Below are positions 46,650 through 56,112 of a DNA stretch of 64,000 bases, piece after piece. A program made the translations under genes and the position numbers. The notes beneath the pieces were generated by a model. It was not told the origin of the DNA. It was given only the letters and a program-made list of their open reading frames with translations, and ran no database searches. The DNA is taken from positions 4,837 through 68,836 of the forward strand of contig JACPEV010000013.1 of assembly GCA_016183325.1 (NCBI GenBank), given 5' to 3'. Every line of letters starts with the position of its first letter. Position 1 is the stretch's first letter. The DNA comes from Candidatus Curtissbacteria bacterium. Its GTDB lineage: Bacteria; Patescibacteriota; Microgenomatia; Curtissbacterales; GWA2-41-24.

Positions 46650-47321
46650 CTAGTCGTTACAAACGTAATAGGGTGTTTCTCCTGCTACGGCCGCGGCACC
46701 GGCACTTAAGCATTGTGTTATGGATGGAGCTGATTGAGGATCATTTTTATTTTCGAGAAGCGCCCGAAGCAGAAATGTCGGTGCTCCTGTTACAGCAAAA
46801 GTTGGGGGAGTTGCAGTACTTAGACAAGCGTTGGCAGTTGTTGTTCCGGATGTTGTATAGTGATAATCGTTTGCACCTGTTTTACTAGGGTCAACAGGGA
46901 CTACTTTTATATAGGCTAGATCAGCGTCATCAAGATGTGCTTCCAAAGCGTCATATCTGACATCTGCACTGGCCCCGGCCATTACGGGGTAATAGGCACT
47001 ACCAAGACAGTCTTGCTTAGCCATGTCTAGGGCTTTTTTAACGGCATCAAGATCTGCTTTTCTTCTTGAATCACGGCCTCTGGCTTGTGCTCCAGCGAAA
47101 GAGGCTACGACAATGGTTGCTAAAATGCCGATGATGGCGATAACGACTAATAATTCAATGAGAGTGAAGCCATTGTTAGATTGCTCGCCTCGCTTCGCTT
47201 GCGAAGCGGGTTGAATTGTTAGATTGTTAAGTAGATTTTTCTTTTTGAACAATTTAGCAATGAAGCAATGTAGCAATTTATTGATGTGCATTAACTTTAG
47301 CATAAGTTGCATTGACAGCAT
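46650..47321 (-). CDS. type IV pilin / pseudopilin, paralog
   Basis: NGFTLIELLVVIAIIGILATIVVASFAGAQARGRDSRRKADLDAVKKALD. The leader is unusually long, so the start is uncertain. Confidence 0.7.
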   Translation of the reverse strand: MLSMQLMLKLMHINKLLHCFIAKLFKKKNLLNNLTIQPASQAKRGEQSNNGFTLIELLVVIAIIGILATIVVASFAGAQARGRDSRRKADLDAVKKALDMAKQDCLGSAYYPVMAGASADVRYDALEAHLDDADLAYIKVVPVDPSKTGANDYHYTTSGTTTANACLSTATPPTFAVTGAPTFLLRALLENKNDPQSAPSITQCLSAGAAAVAGETPYYVCND

Positions 47322-47721
47322 TTGTCAAGCGGTGTAGAATTAGTCGCGCGATATGCGAATACTGTTTGGTAATTTTTCTTCATTCTTACAAGTTCGCAAT
47401 TCATAGCTCTTTAACAACTGAAAAGTATGCCGCTTTTCAGTATTCTTTTGTTTGATCTTGATCCGCCTACGCTCTTCGAGCTTCGGCGGACTGCGAGTTC
47501 AAGCAAGCTTGAACTCTGAAAAGTGGCACCCAAAAAACCGGAAATCGGAATTCGGAAATCGGATTTCGGACTTTTTCTGAGATCTGATATCTGATATCTG
47601 AAATCCGGGAATAATCCTTAGAGTTATTTAAAATCGAGTTCAGATTAAATTCTTTTTTGAGAGTTTGATCCTAGCTCAGGATGAACGCTGGCGGCGTGCC
47701 TTAGGCATGCAAGTCGAACGG

Positions 47722-48155
47722 CCGGAGATCAGATTTCGGAAATCGGATTTCGGATATAATTAGAGAAGTGATGGATGTAACGGAATTGAGAGTGTATAGG
47801 CAATCATTAGATGCATTTCTATTAATTGAAGAGATTGCAAAACAATTGCCAAAAGAGTTAGCTGATACAAGAAGACAAATATTAAGATGCTCAAAAGCTG
47901 TTGCACCCATTATTGCAGAGGGTTTTGGACGTAGACATTCACAAAGAGAATTTGGACATTACGTAATTCAAGCTATGAGTTCTTCAGATGAGACAATAAC
48001 CCATTTGAGAACAATTGCTATTTCCAAATTTAATACTGTTTCAATCGATCAGTTGAAACATGCGGCGAGTGTCTATAAATCTCTTTCCAAACAACTCAAC
48101 AAACTTTTCACTTCTTTAATAGTCTGAAATCTGACTTCTGATATCCGATCTCCGG
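47722..48155 (+). other. intervening sequence in the 16S helix-6 region, bounded by inverted repeats and encoding a protein
   Basis: ccggagatcagatttcggaaatcggatttcgga (5' boundary) and tccgaaatc...atccgatctccgg (3' boundary) are inverted repeats around ORF 47768-48127. The mature 16S resumes with cagtggcggaagggtgagtaatg. Confidence 0.65.
47768..48127 (+). CDS. four-helix-bundle protein of the family known as rRNA intervening-sequence (S23-like) proteins
   Basis: LRVYRQSLDAFLLIEEIAKQLPKELADTRRQILRCSKAVAPIIAEGFGRRHSQREFGHYVIQAMSSSDETITHL matches the family pattern, including AEG[FY]GRR. Confidence 0.7.
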   Translation: MMDVTELRVYRQSLDAFLLIEEIAKQLPKELADTRRQILRCSKAVAPIIAEGFGRRHSQREFGHYVIQAMSSSDETITHLRTIAISKFNTVSIDQLKHAASVYKSLSKQLNKLFTSLIV

Positions 48156-48929
48156 CAGTGGCGGAAGGGTGAGTAATGCATAGGAACGTACCTTTTGGTG
48201 GGGAATAACCCGGCGAAAGCCGGGCTAATACCTCGTAATCCCGCAAGGGTATAGGGCTTAACCGCCCGCCGAAAGAGTGGCCTATGTCCTATCAGCTTGT
48301 TGGTGGGGTAATGGCCTACCAAGGCAACGACGGGTAGCTGGGCTGAGAGGTCGGCCAGCCACAAGGGAACTGAGACACGGTCCCTACACCTACGGGTGGC
48401 AGCAACCGGGAATTTTGGACAATGGGCGAAAGCCTGATCCAGCGACGCCGCGTGGAGGAAGAAGGCCTTAGGGTTGTAAACTCCTTTTGGCCCGCATAAT
48501 GCGGGCAGAATAAGCACCTGCTAACTACGTGCCAGCAGCCGCGGTGATACGTAGGGTGCAAGCGTTATCCGGATTTACTGGGCGTAAAGGGTTGCGTAGG
48601 CGGCTTGTTAAGTCAAAACTGAAATACTCTCGCTCAACGAGGGGGACGGTTTTGATACTAGCAGGCTTTGAGTCTTTCAGAGGTAGCTGGAACTTGCAGT
48701 GGAGCGGTGAAATGCGTTGATATTGCAAGGAACACCGAAGGCGTAGGCAAGCTACTGGGAAAGATCCCTGTACCATTCGGTACGGGACGGGCTGCATCGT
48801 AAGATGCGCCTAGTCTGACGCTGATGCACGAAAGCTAGGGGAGCGAAAGGGATTAGAGACCCCTGTAGTCCTAGCCGTAAATGATGGATACTAGATGTCC
48901 GGCTCGCAAAGTCGTATGACTTTGCGAGA

Positions 48930-49022
48930 ACATTTGACATTTAACAAATTAACATTTGACTATTGGAAAATTTTGTAAATTTTTTAAGTCAATTGTTAAA
49001 TGTTACTAGTTAATTGTTCGAG
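48930..49022 (+). repeat. insertion of about 90 nt in the 16S helix around E. coli position 840, built of 'acatttgaca/caattgtta' repeats
   Basis: gaacatttgacatttaacaaattaacatttgactattgg...gtcaattgttaaatgttactagttaattgttcg lies between conserved cgcaaagtc...gacttt and gctaacgcgttaagt. Confidence 0.55.
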
Positions 49023-49084
49023 CAAAATCGTAGATTTTGCGAGCTGGATGTCGCAAGCTAACGCGTTAAGTGTCCCGCCTGGGA

Positions 49085-49152
<68 letters not shown>

Positions 49153-49356
49153 CAATTCGACACAAAGCGAAAAACCTTACCAGGATTTGACATCCTAACT
49201 GCACCCTAGTGGAAACACCGGGCTTCTTCGAGAGTGTTAGGACAGGTGCTGCATGGCTGTCGTCAGCTTGTACCGTGAGGCGCACCCTTAAGTGGGTCAA
49301 CAAGCGCAACCCCCATCCTGTGTTATATTTCACAGGAAACTGCCCGCTAAAAGCGA

Positions 49357-49387
<31 letters not shown>

Positions 49388-49588
49388 CGGCCCTTATGTC
49401 CTGGGCTACACACATCCTACAATGGGTATTTGACAACAGGTTTGCAATCCGGTAACGGAAAGCTAATCCCCAAAAATACCCTCAGTTCAGATTGAGGGCT
49501 GCAATTTGCCCTCATGAAGTTGAAATCGCTAGTAATCGCGGATCAGCAGGCCGCGGTGAATACGTTCTCGGGTCTTGTACACACCGCC

Positions 49589-50545
49589 AATTTAAAAAAC
49601 GCGCGTGGCAGCATAAATGGCTAGTTGGTTCAAATCCAACTCACGTTCATGAAACTGAACGTGATAGTCAAAAAAATTAGACAGTTCCGACAGAGTAATT
49701 TGTCGGTACGGAGGGTCTGAGACAAATAGCAGTCCATTTAAAAAAGTTCTTTTCATGAATGATCTCAGCCGGGCGGTTTGAGAGAAATTCAACTAATAAA
49801 GTAGAAGAATTGATGGAATGCTAGGAATAGTTATTTATGTAACCCATGGAGATCCTATCAGGAAGAGGTTATTATCTGGTAGGAAGTCAGCTGTTTCATA
49901 GTAAGTAAATTAGAGGATTGATTTTGTTGCTTGATAGAAGTAAACTAAATTAACCCGAATATTTACCGAAGGGAACAACGAAGTGATAACGTCAGATTAT
50001 ATTGTTGGTTTTACCGACGGCGAAGGCTGTTTTTATGTACAAATAAGAACAGATTTTCGTATCGTGCTTCGATATTTTATAACCCAACGATTTGACAACA
50101 AAGAAATCTTAGAAAATATTTTAAGATTCTTTGGAGTTGGATATGTGCATTTAAAAGCACAAGAGTGGGGTAGGGAATATAGAAGATCTCGGTTACCAAC
50201 ATATGTCTTTGAGGTGACTAAACAGGAACATATTCAAAATGTGATTGTTCCTTTCTTTAGAAAAAATCCACTTCAAGGAGTGAAACAGTTCTCTTTTGAA
50301 AAATTCGCAAAGATTGCAGACCTTGTAAAAGGTCGGCAAGACACGCGACTACTTTCTGAAGAGGAACTTGAATTAATCTGGCAGTTGAAACGTTCTATGA
50401 ATGTTTTAAACACTTCGGCTCGCCTGGTGCCGGAAATCGGCTCGCCGGTCCACCTACGCTAAAGCTACGGTGGATCCTCCGAAGCTCCAAAGGAGCGGAG
50501 GAGGAGTGGGAACGGGAACATACCTCTAAGTATCCCAATCCGTCA
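49589..50545 (+). mobile_element. intron-like insertion of about 0.95 kb near the 16S 3' end (around E. coli 1400), carrying a LAGLIDADG endonuclease ORF
   Basis: The conserved gtacacaccgcc is interrupted at about 49588. A 16S-like sequence (..cgtcaagcc..aagtcggtagtgcctgaag..gtcgtaacaaggta) resumes at about 50545. The exact boundaries are uncertain. Confidence 0.55.
49983..50462 (+). CDS. LAGLIDADG homing endonuclease encoded within the 16S insertion
   Basis: IVGFTDGEGCFYVQI is the LAGLIDADG motif. 159 aa. Confidence 0.8.
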   Translation: MITSDYIVGFTDGEGCFYVQIRTDFRIVLRYFITQRFDNKEILENILRFFGVGYVHLKAQEWGREYRRSRLPTYVFEVTKQEHIQNVIVPFFRKNPLQGVKQFSFEKFAKIADLVKGRQDTRLLSEEELELIWQLKRSMNVLNTSARLVPEIGSPVHLR

Positions 50546-51189
50546 AGCCAACAAAGTCGGTAGTGCCTGAAGTTCCTGCGCAAGCCGGACCCAAGGCAAG
50601 ACCGGTGATGGGGACTAAGTCGTAACAAGGTATCCGTTCTGGAAGGAGCGGATGGATCACCTCCTTTCTAAGGAGCTAAAGCTCCTATTCGCTGATTAGC
50701 GCTGATTTATTTGCGGATTTCCGCTGATAAGTCATCTGATTTCGAACGGGAGTCAAACAGGTTTGGCTCACGGGCCAAACGTGACGAATGGTGATTCGTA
50801 AAATTACCGGGTTATTTGCATGCCCAACATGCAATCTCTAGGAATAACATTTGACATTTAACATGTGACATTTGACTTTTTGTCAATTGTTAATGGTCAT
50901 TTGTCAATTGTTTCCGCCCGAAAGGGCGGAATGGGTGCCACTTTTGAGGATTTAAATAGAATACGAATTTATCCGAATGCTCCAACTATTTAAATAATTC
51001 TCTCGTAATTTATTCTTTCAATATTGATTAACTCGAACAGTTTCATCATGCGAATTTATACGAATAGGTATCGTAATTGTCCACCTTCGTGATAATTTTA
51101 GCCCCGAAGGGCGCAAGCTTTGCTTATTCTTCGAACGAGCGTAGCGAAGTGAGAAGTTTAGATAATAGTTCTCGCTAATCGCTCGAACA

Positions 51190-51250
51190 ATAAGAGAGCT
51201 TGTTTCTCGCAAGCTCGAAATAAGAGAGCTTGTTTCTCGCAAGCTCGAAA
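51190..51250 (+). repeat. tandem duplication 2x30 bp (taagagagcttgtttctcgcaagctcgaaa)
   Basis: Exact tandem copies. Each contains the hairpin gagcttg tttctcg caagctc. Confidence 0.8.
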
Positions 51251-51844
51251 TAATGAAAATATCAGAAACGTGGACTGTTGCTAGATATCAATTTTGTGCG
51301 TGATTATGGTGGTTGTGTGGTAAAATAATCTGTCGATATGATTAAGGAAATAGCAACAGGAGTTTTAAAAGGTGTAGTTAGGTTAGGTGGTAAGGGAGCT
51401 CAACATTTTGCTAAAGGTGCGTTGGCGCACTCAGCTATAAAAGGTGAACCAGTGACAAGCGCAGCGGTTACGTGGGCAGCCGGTAAAGCTGTTGAGAGAG
51501 TCGTCAGCAGAAAGCGCAAATAATTCTTCTTTGATATAAATTCCCCATGAAACTTTTTGTAAACAAAAAGTGCGGGTCGTGCTTTCGTAGACAGCTCAGA
51601 CTTATTTTGTTAAAATTCTTTCTGCCATGGCCCAGGTGGAGGCAGCACCAACTAAAGAATCTTTTCTTGATTCAAGGTTAGTTAAAGCTGGCATAATTTT
51701 GGCGGCGGCTGGTCTTTTGATGGGAGCATTTGAGATCAAATTTGCAGCCAAGGTGGCGGCCTTGGGAGTTGTCCTCTTTGGTGCTGGTTTTGCTTGGCAC
51801 TGGGCAACAAAGAGAAATTGAGAATTCGAGAAATTTTTGACCGC

Positions 51845-51916
51845 GGCGCGGTAGCCAAGAGGTAAGGCAGCGGTCTGCAAAACTGCTATACGTGGGTTCG
51901 ATTCCCATCCGCGCCT
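51845..51916 (+). tRNA. tRNA-Cys (anticodon GCA)
   Basis: GGCGCGGTAGCCAAGAGGTAAGGCAGCGGTCTGCAAAACTGCTATACGTGGGTTCGATTCCCATCCGCGCCT. Acceptor ggcgcgg/ccgcgcc, anticodon loop CTGCAAA, T-loop TTCGATT. No CCA is encoded. Confidence 0.8.
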
Positions 51917-52170
51917 CTCTAGTCCCGGTCCTTCGGACCAGGGACCGAGTCGGTTTTGACGAAGTCAAAACCAGACTCCTTCGGACCAGGGACCGAGTCG
52001 GTTTTGACGAAGTCAAAAACCAGACTCCTTCGGACCAGGGACCGAGTCGGTTTTGACGAAGTCAAAACCAGACTCCTTCGGACCAGGGACCGAGTCGGTT
52101 TTGACGAAGTCAAAACCAGACTCCTTCGGACCAGGGACCGAGTCGGTTTTGACGAAGTCAAAACCAGACT
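51917..52170 (+). repeat. tandem array of five 48-bp hairpin-forming units with no spacers
   Basis: Unit tccttcggaccagggaccgagtcggttttgacgaagtcaaaaccagac x5; one copy has an extra a. Each unit contains the perfect hairpin ggttttgac gaa gtcaaaacc. Confidence 0.85.
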
Positions 52171-52227
52171 CCTTACGTTCAGGTCGATTTTAACTTTCAG
52201 TTAAAATTAGACTCCATTATCAGGACC

Positions 52228-52500
52228 GTGTCTGGAATGTTTTACTATGTTTATATTCTTTTCAGTCTAAAGGATAAGAACTTATATGTTGGAAGAACTA
52301 GCGATATATTCAAAAGGCTAGAAAGACATAATAACGGACGAGTAATTGCAACTAAGAGTAGAAGACCTTTAAAGTTAATACATCTGGAAGTTTTTAAAGA
52401 TGCTGGAAAAGCTTTTTTAAGAGAAAAAGAACTTAAGTATCCAAGCGCAGGGAAATTTAAAAAGGAATTAAGAGAAAAATTAGGAATAGATAGAGTCTGA
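52228..52500 (+). CDS. GIY-YIG nuclease-domain protein
   Basis: FYYVYILFSLKDKNLYVGRTSDIFKRLERHNNG contains the GIY...YIG...R..H/E-N core. Confidence 0.75.
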   Translation: MSGMFYYVYILFSLKDKNLYVGRTSDIFKRLERHNNGRVIATKSRRPLKLIHLEVFKDAGKAFLREKELKYPSAGKFKKELREKLGIDRV

Positions 52501-52657
52501 ATATTTTGCTTTGCAAAGTATCGACTTGGTCTCTTGTAAGCAGACACAATGGGCGGTTAGCTCTGTGGTCTAACATTGTTTTGTTTTGCAAAACGTGTCG
52601 ACTCGTTTTTGCTGTCGCAAAATTAGAGTAGAGCGTTACACTGCTTTTTGAAAATTT

Positions 52658-52732
52658 GGGTCCGTGGCTCAGTGGTAGAGCGTCACACTGATAATGTGAA
52701 GGTCGGAGGTTCAATTCCTCCCGGACCCACCA
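52658..52732 (+). tRNA. tRNA-Ile (anticodon GAU)
   Basis: GGGTCCGTGGCTCAGTGGTAGAGCGTCACACTGATAATGTGAAGGTCGGAGGTTCAATTCCTCCCGGACCCACCA. CCA is encoded. Flanked by the inverted repeat ttttgaaaattt / aaattttcaaaa. A partial tRNA-like duplicate (agagtagagcgttacactg) lies about 30 nt upstream. Confidence 0.85.
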
Positions 52733-52927
52733 AATTTTCAAAAATATCGCTCTCGCGATAGCGAGAGGAAGATTTAATATCGATGTCGAAGGAGAGGATG
52801 TGCCAAGCTAAGTCACATTGAAGGTGGATTAGTAATTGAAGGTGGATTAGTAAGCTAAGTCACATTGAAGGTGGATTAGTTGGTTGAAGGTGGATTAGTT
52901 GGTGGATTAGTTCAAATATAATTTTGA

Positions 52928-53797
52928 ATGCAAGAGAATTTGCGTGTACTTGAAAAAGAGTCTTTAAAAGACAAAATTGTTTTGATTACTGGAGGTTCTG
53001 GGGGAATAGGTGCTGTAATAGTAGCACAATTATTAGCTGAGGGTGCAAATGTTATTATCCTCGACAAGAATCCCAATCATCCAAAGTTTGAAGTTAACCC
53101 AGATCAATTCTTTGATTTCGTGGAGTTTGATCTCCAAAACGTCGACCAAATTACTCGAGTAGTAGCCAGTATATTAGAAAAACACGGAAGAGTTGACGTT
53201 CTAGTTAATAATGCAGCTCTCCCAGGAGCTGGAAACACCATTGAGGATGTCTTTACAGTTGATTTAGTTTCTCCTTTAAAACTAATTGATCAACTAGTAC
53301 CAATAATGACAAAGCAAGGTGGGGGCAGAATTATAAATGTCAGTTCTATAATTGGGGTGCTTCACCAGCTTTCCAATGAGGATTCTCAAAAATACTTCAA
53401 AGCACTCGAAGGCGATTCACCAGATGTTTCAACACTTAAATCTTTGTGTCCAAACACAGAATATGCTTATGCTGTCGCCAAAAGGGCTCTAATTGAGATC
53501 TCAAGGAAGATGGTTAGAGAAGTGGCCAAGGATGGCATTACAATTAATTGTGTAGCTCCAGGGTACATAGCCACCGAAGGGAACAGGGCAAATATAGAAA
53601 ATCCAGAAATTTTCGATGAAGCGATGAAACAAATCCCAATTCAAAGACCTGGAGAACCGGAAGAAGTAGCAGACTTAATTGTTTACCTATGCCAATCACC
53701 GCCATTTCTTACTGGAACAACTATCCTGATCGATGGAGGTCAATCAACTTATTATCAAAATCCTTTAGAGGGAAAACATTCTTTGCTCAACTTGTAA
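52928..53797 (+). CDS. short-chain dehydrogenase/reductase (SDR) family oxidoreductase
   Basis: TGGSGGIGAVIV is the glycine-rich NAD(P) motif; catalytic YAVAKRA (YxxxK); NNAA. Confidence 0.85.
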   Translation: MQENLRVLEKESLKDKIVLITGGSGGIGAVIVAQLLAEGANVIILDKNPNHPKFEVNPDQFFDFVEFDLQNVDQITRVVASILEKHGRVDVLVNNAALPGAGNTIEDVFTVDLVSPLKLIDQLVPIMTKQGGGRIINVSSIIGVLHQLSNEDSQKYFKALEGDSPDVSTLKSLCPNTEYAYAVAKRALIEISRKMVREVAKDGITINCVAPGYIATEGNRANIENPEIFDEAMKQIPIQRPGEPEEVADLIVYLCQSPPFLTGTTILIDGGQSTYYQNPLEGKHSLLNL

Positions 53798-53867
53798 ATA
53801 AAAACCTGAGGTTTCTACTTAACCAACACCGGGGGTTGGTAATTTGGTAAATGTTTTAAAAAAGTAT

Positions 53868-54170
53868 TTACCTAGAAATAAATTTAATTTCTAAATGAGA
53901 GTTTAATGCTTGAGCTAGTTTTTTGAGAAAACCTATTGAGGGATTTGCATTTCCTCTCTCAAGTCTTGAGATTACGGATTGTTTAGTCCCGATCTTTTGG
54001 GCAAGTTTGTCCTGAGTTAACCCTTTCTTTACCCTGGCATCGATCATGGCCCTGATAACAGCAAACTCTGGTTGCAGACGATCATATTCTGCCTTAATTT
54101 TAGGATTTTTGAGAGATTCTTTTAGAAAAACGTCAAAATCTAAATGTTTCCTATCTTTAGGTTGGATCAT
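53868..54170 (-). CDS. XRE-family HTH antitoxin (HigA-like)
   Basis: GLTQDKLAQKIGTKQSVISRLERGNANPSIGFLKKLAQAL. Downstream of the HigB-like gene on the minus strand. Confidence 0.65.
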   Translation of the reverse strand: MIQPKDRKHLDFDVFLKESLKNPKIKAEYDRLQPEFAVIRAMIDARVKKGLTQDKLAQKIGTKQSVISRLERGNANPSIGFLKKLAQALNSHLEIKFISR

Positions 54171-54180
54171 AGCATATATG

Positions 54181-54510
54181 CTATAAGATTTCTTTCATTC
54201 TGTCAAGTGCTATTTTTATTTCTTTGGCTGGTGTCTTTTGCATTTTCTTTTTAAATGCATGCAGCAGATAATATTCTCCATTTTTCATTGTATAGAAGAT
54301 TCTGACTGCGATTTTACCGGGGATACGAAGTTCATATAGATTAGATCTAAGCTTCTTTGCATAAGGAGGTTTTAGGAATGGACCACCATTTTTTAAGAGT
54401 AAAATTGAGTGAAGGATTTTAGCATAAGTGGTTTCGTCTTGATCCTTAATAAAATCTTCAACAGGAGACTCGCCTCGCGCATTCTGATAGGAATTTACCT
54501 TCCAAGCCAT
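54181..54510 (-). CDS. RelE/ParE-superfamily toxin (HigB / Gp49-like)
   Basis: 109 aa basic protein. Pattern AKILHSILLLKNGGPF...LYELRIPGKIAVRIFY...YYLLHAFKKK is typical of HigB/phage Gp49-like toxins. Upstream of the HTH partner (toxin-first order). Confidence 0.6.
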   Translation of the reverse strand: MAWKVNSYQNARGESPVEDFIKDQDETTYAKILHSILLLKNGGPFLKPPYAKKLRSNLYELRIPGKIAVRIFYTMKNGEYYLLHAFKKKMQKTPAKEIKIALDRMKEIL

Positions 54511-54714
54511 AAAGATTTGATTATTTTAGCAGAAACGGGTAGCTAATGGAGACAGGCACTTTTCAAAAATATATCGCGGATTGGAGAGGCATCTAACAGT
54601 ATTTAAGATAGTAAAAATTTGGGTGGTATGGGGGACATGTGGTTTGAGATAGAGGAACGGTAGTCCACATAACAGCAAAAATATCGCTCTTACTGAAAGT
54701 GAGAGGAAGATAAC

Positions 54715-55113
54715 TTACCAGACCACTTTTAAACCGTGATCTTTGTAGATGGCAAAGTTGGCATCTTTGGTCAGTAAAGAGTAATTTGTACAAATCGCTT
54801 GCCAGGCAAGCATCCTATCGAAGGGGTCTTTGTTTTTGAATCTTGGGAGCTTGTAAAATGTCGACGCAGTATATGAGTCTAGGTCCAGAAAATTAAAACC
54901 CATACTCAACACCGCATCGGGTATTTCACTAGGCACCCTTTTTTCTAGTTTTATCTTTCCCATGCTGTATTTTAGAGAGATTTCCCAAACCGAAATGGCG
55001 CTTACAAATTTCTCTGATGTGGGTTCAGAGAATATATCTTTTAATTTTACTGAAAGTTTATCAGGTGAAAATAAAACCCACAAAAGTATGTGAGTATCAA
55101 GAAGATAGTTCAT
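54715..55113 (-). CDS. PIN-domain toxin VapC
   Basis: MNYLLDTHILLWVL is the conserved PIN N-terminal Asp box, with later acidic residues. Confidence 0.7.
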   Translation of the reverse strand: MNYLLDTHILLWVLFSPDKLSVKLKDIFSEPTSEKFVSAISVWEISLKYSMGKIKLEKRVPSEIPDAVLSMGFNFLDLDSYTASTFYKLPRFKNKDPFDRMLAWQAICTNYSLLTKDANFAIYKDHGLKVVW

Positions 55114-55120
55114 TGAGTTG

Positions 55121-55360
55121 TTAGGATTTTAAAAACTCTTCTTCGGTCATCTTGAAATCTTTTGCCAGCTTAAAAGAACCCTTGTCTTTCCAAATTCCAA
55201 GTTTTATCTTTTTCTTCTTATTGTAGGTCTTAAAAGGAACGAAAACCCCTATCGTTTCTTTTTTCTTTCCGTAAGAAACTGCTATTTCCTTGCCTTGGAG
55301 GACTTGGGTGATTACTTCAGAAAATTTTGCTTTAAACTGTCCGACGGTTAGCTGAAACAT
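55121..55360 (-). CDS. antitoxin partner of VapC (Phd/YefM- or AbrB-like small protein)
   Basis: 79 aa gene immediately upstream of the PIN gene, with an 8-nt gap. N-terminus MFQLTVGQFKAKFSEVITQV. Confidence 0.45.
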   Translation of the reverse strand: MFQLTVGQFKAKFSEVITQVLQGKEIAVSYGKKKETIGVFVPFKTYNKKKKIKLGIWKDKGSFKLAKDFKMTEEEFLKS

Positions 55361-55513
55361 ATGACTGTAATATAATATTTTCTTGACAACTTGTCAAGTA
55401 TTTATGGACTTGCTCAGGGAGGTCTGTGGCCGTATGAGATAAGCTGCAACTTCGGGAGTTGTACTGTCGCTTCTTTTTTCTTTTAAGGGCCTTGTTGGTA
55501 TAATACCCTATCT

Positions 55514-56086
55514 ATGTTAGACGAAAGAGGTGGTTTGTCAGAAGAGAATCTGAGGGCCTTCGAAATTTATAGATTAGCATTTTGTCGTGCGTTTTCTTCG
55601 CGCATCCATTCTTCTGATACCGATCAGACACTTGCCGAAATAGAGGATTCGGGATGTTTAGTAAAGTTACAAGCAGAGGCAGAGGGCCGATATGACCAAA
55701 TAGATTTTCCTACAACTGTAGAAAATTTAGTACGGGGTGTTTATGTTGACTTGCCACCAGTCGTGGCAAGAAGAGTTATATTAAGTGAGACTGCAGCAAT
55801 AATTGATTTTAGAGCAAAAAATAGGGGTGAGATAGTTTTGGCTGGTGATTTCTTTAAAATCAGCGAGAAAAAACAAATTGCTCCTACAATATTTTTTTAC
55901 TTCGATCGCGGTGAGTATGCTGTTGGCAGAAGGGATTTCGATAGAGAATGGGTACATAACAAATACATAGAAAATGCTGAATGGGAATCACACGCTCTCA
56001 GTCCAGAACTGACGCGTGATTTTGCTCTTCTCGTTACGGCTGTAAATTCAAGAGCAGGTAGCGCACTTGTGGTATACAGACCGTAA
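55514..56086 (+). CDS. hypothetical protein
   Basis: 190 aa ORF with no motif recognised. Confidence 0.35.
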   Translation: MLDERGGLSEENLRAFEIYRLAFCRAFSSRIHSSDTDQTLAEIEDSGCLVKLQAEAEGRYDQIDFPTTVENLVRGVYVDLPPVVARRVILSETAAIIDFRAKNRGEIVLAGDFFKISEKKQIAPTIFFYFDRGEYAVGRRDFDREWVHNKYIENAEWESHALSPELTRDFALLVTAVNSRAGSALVVYRP

Positions 56087-56112
56087 ACTCCTTCAGGGAT
56101 TAATTAAATAAG

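Noticed and set aside
51338-51821. Small ORFs 51338-51523 (61 aa, Gly/Ala-rich basic) and 51627-51821 (64 aa, hydrophobic) in the post-16S spacer
   Set aside because: No motif or RBS evidence, and they overlap opposite-strand ORFs. They could be real small proteins but are unsupported, so they are not annotated as features.
51917-52170. Possible CRISPR array
   Set aside because: The units are contiguous, identical and lack unique spacers. This is a tandem repeat, not repeat-spacer architecture, and there are no cas genes nearby.
51919-52204. ORFs on both strands (51919-52161 minus, 51956-52204 plus) with repetitive peptides (SKPTRSLVRR... / RTRDRVGFDEVKT...)
   Set aside because: They are translations of the 48-bp tandem hairpin array. 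Periodic, low-complexity and overlapping in antisense, so they are artefactual ORFs.
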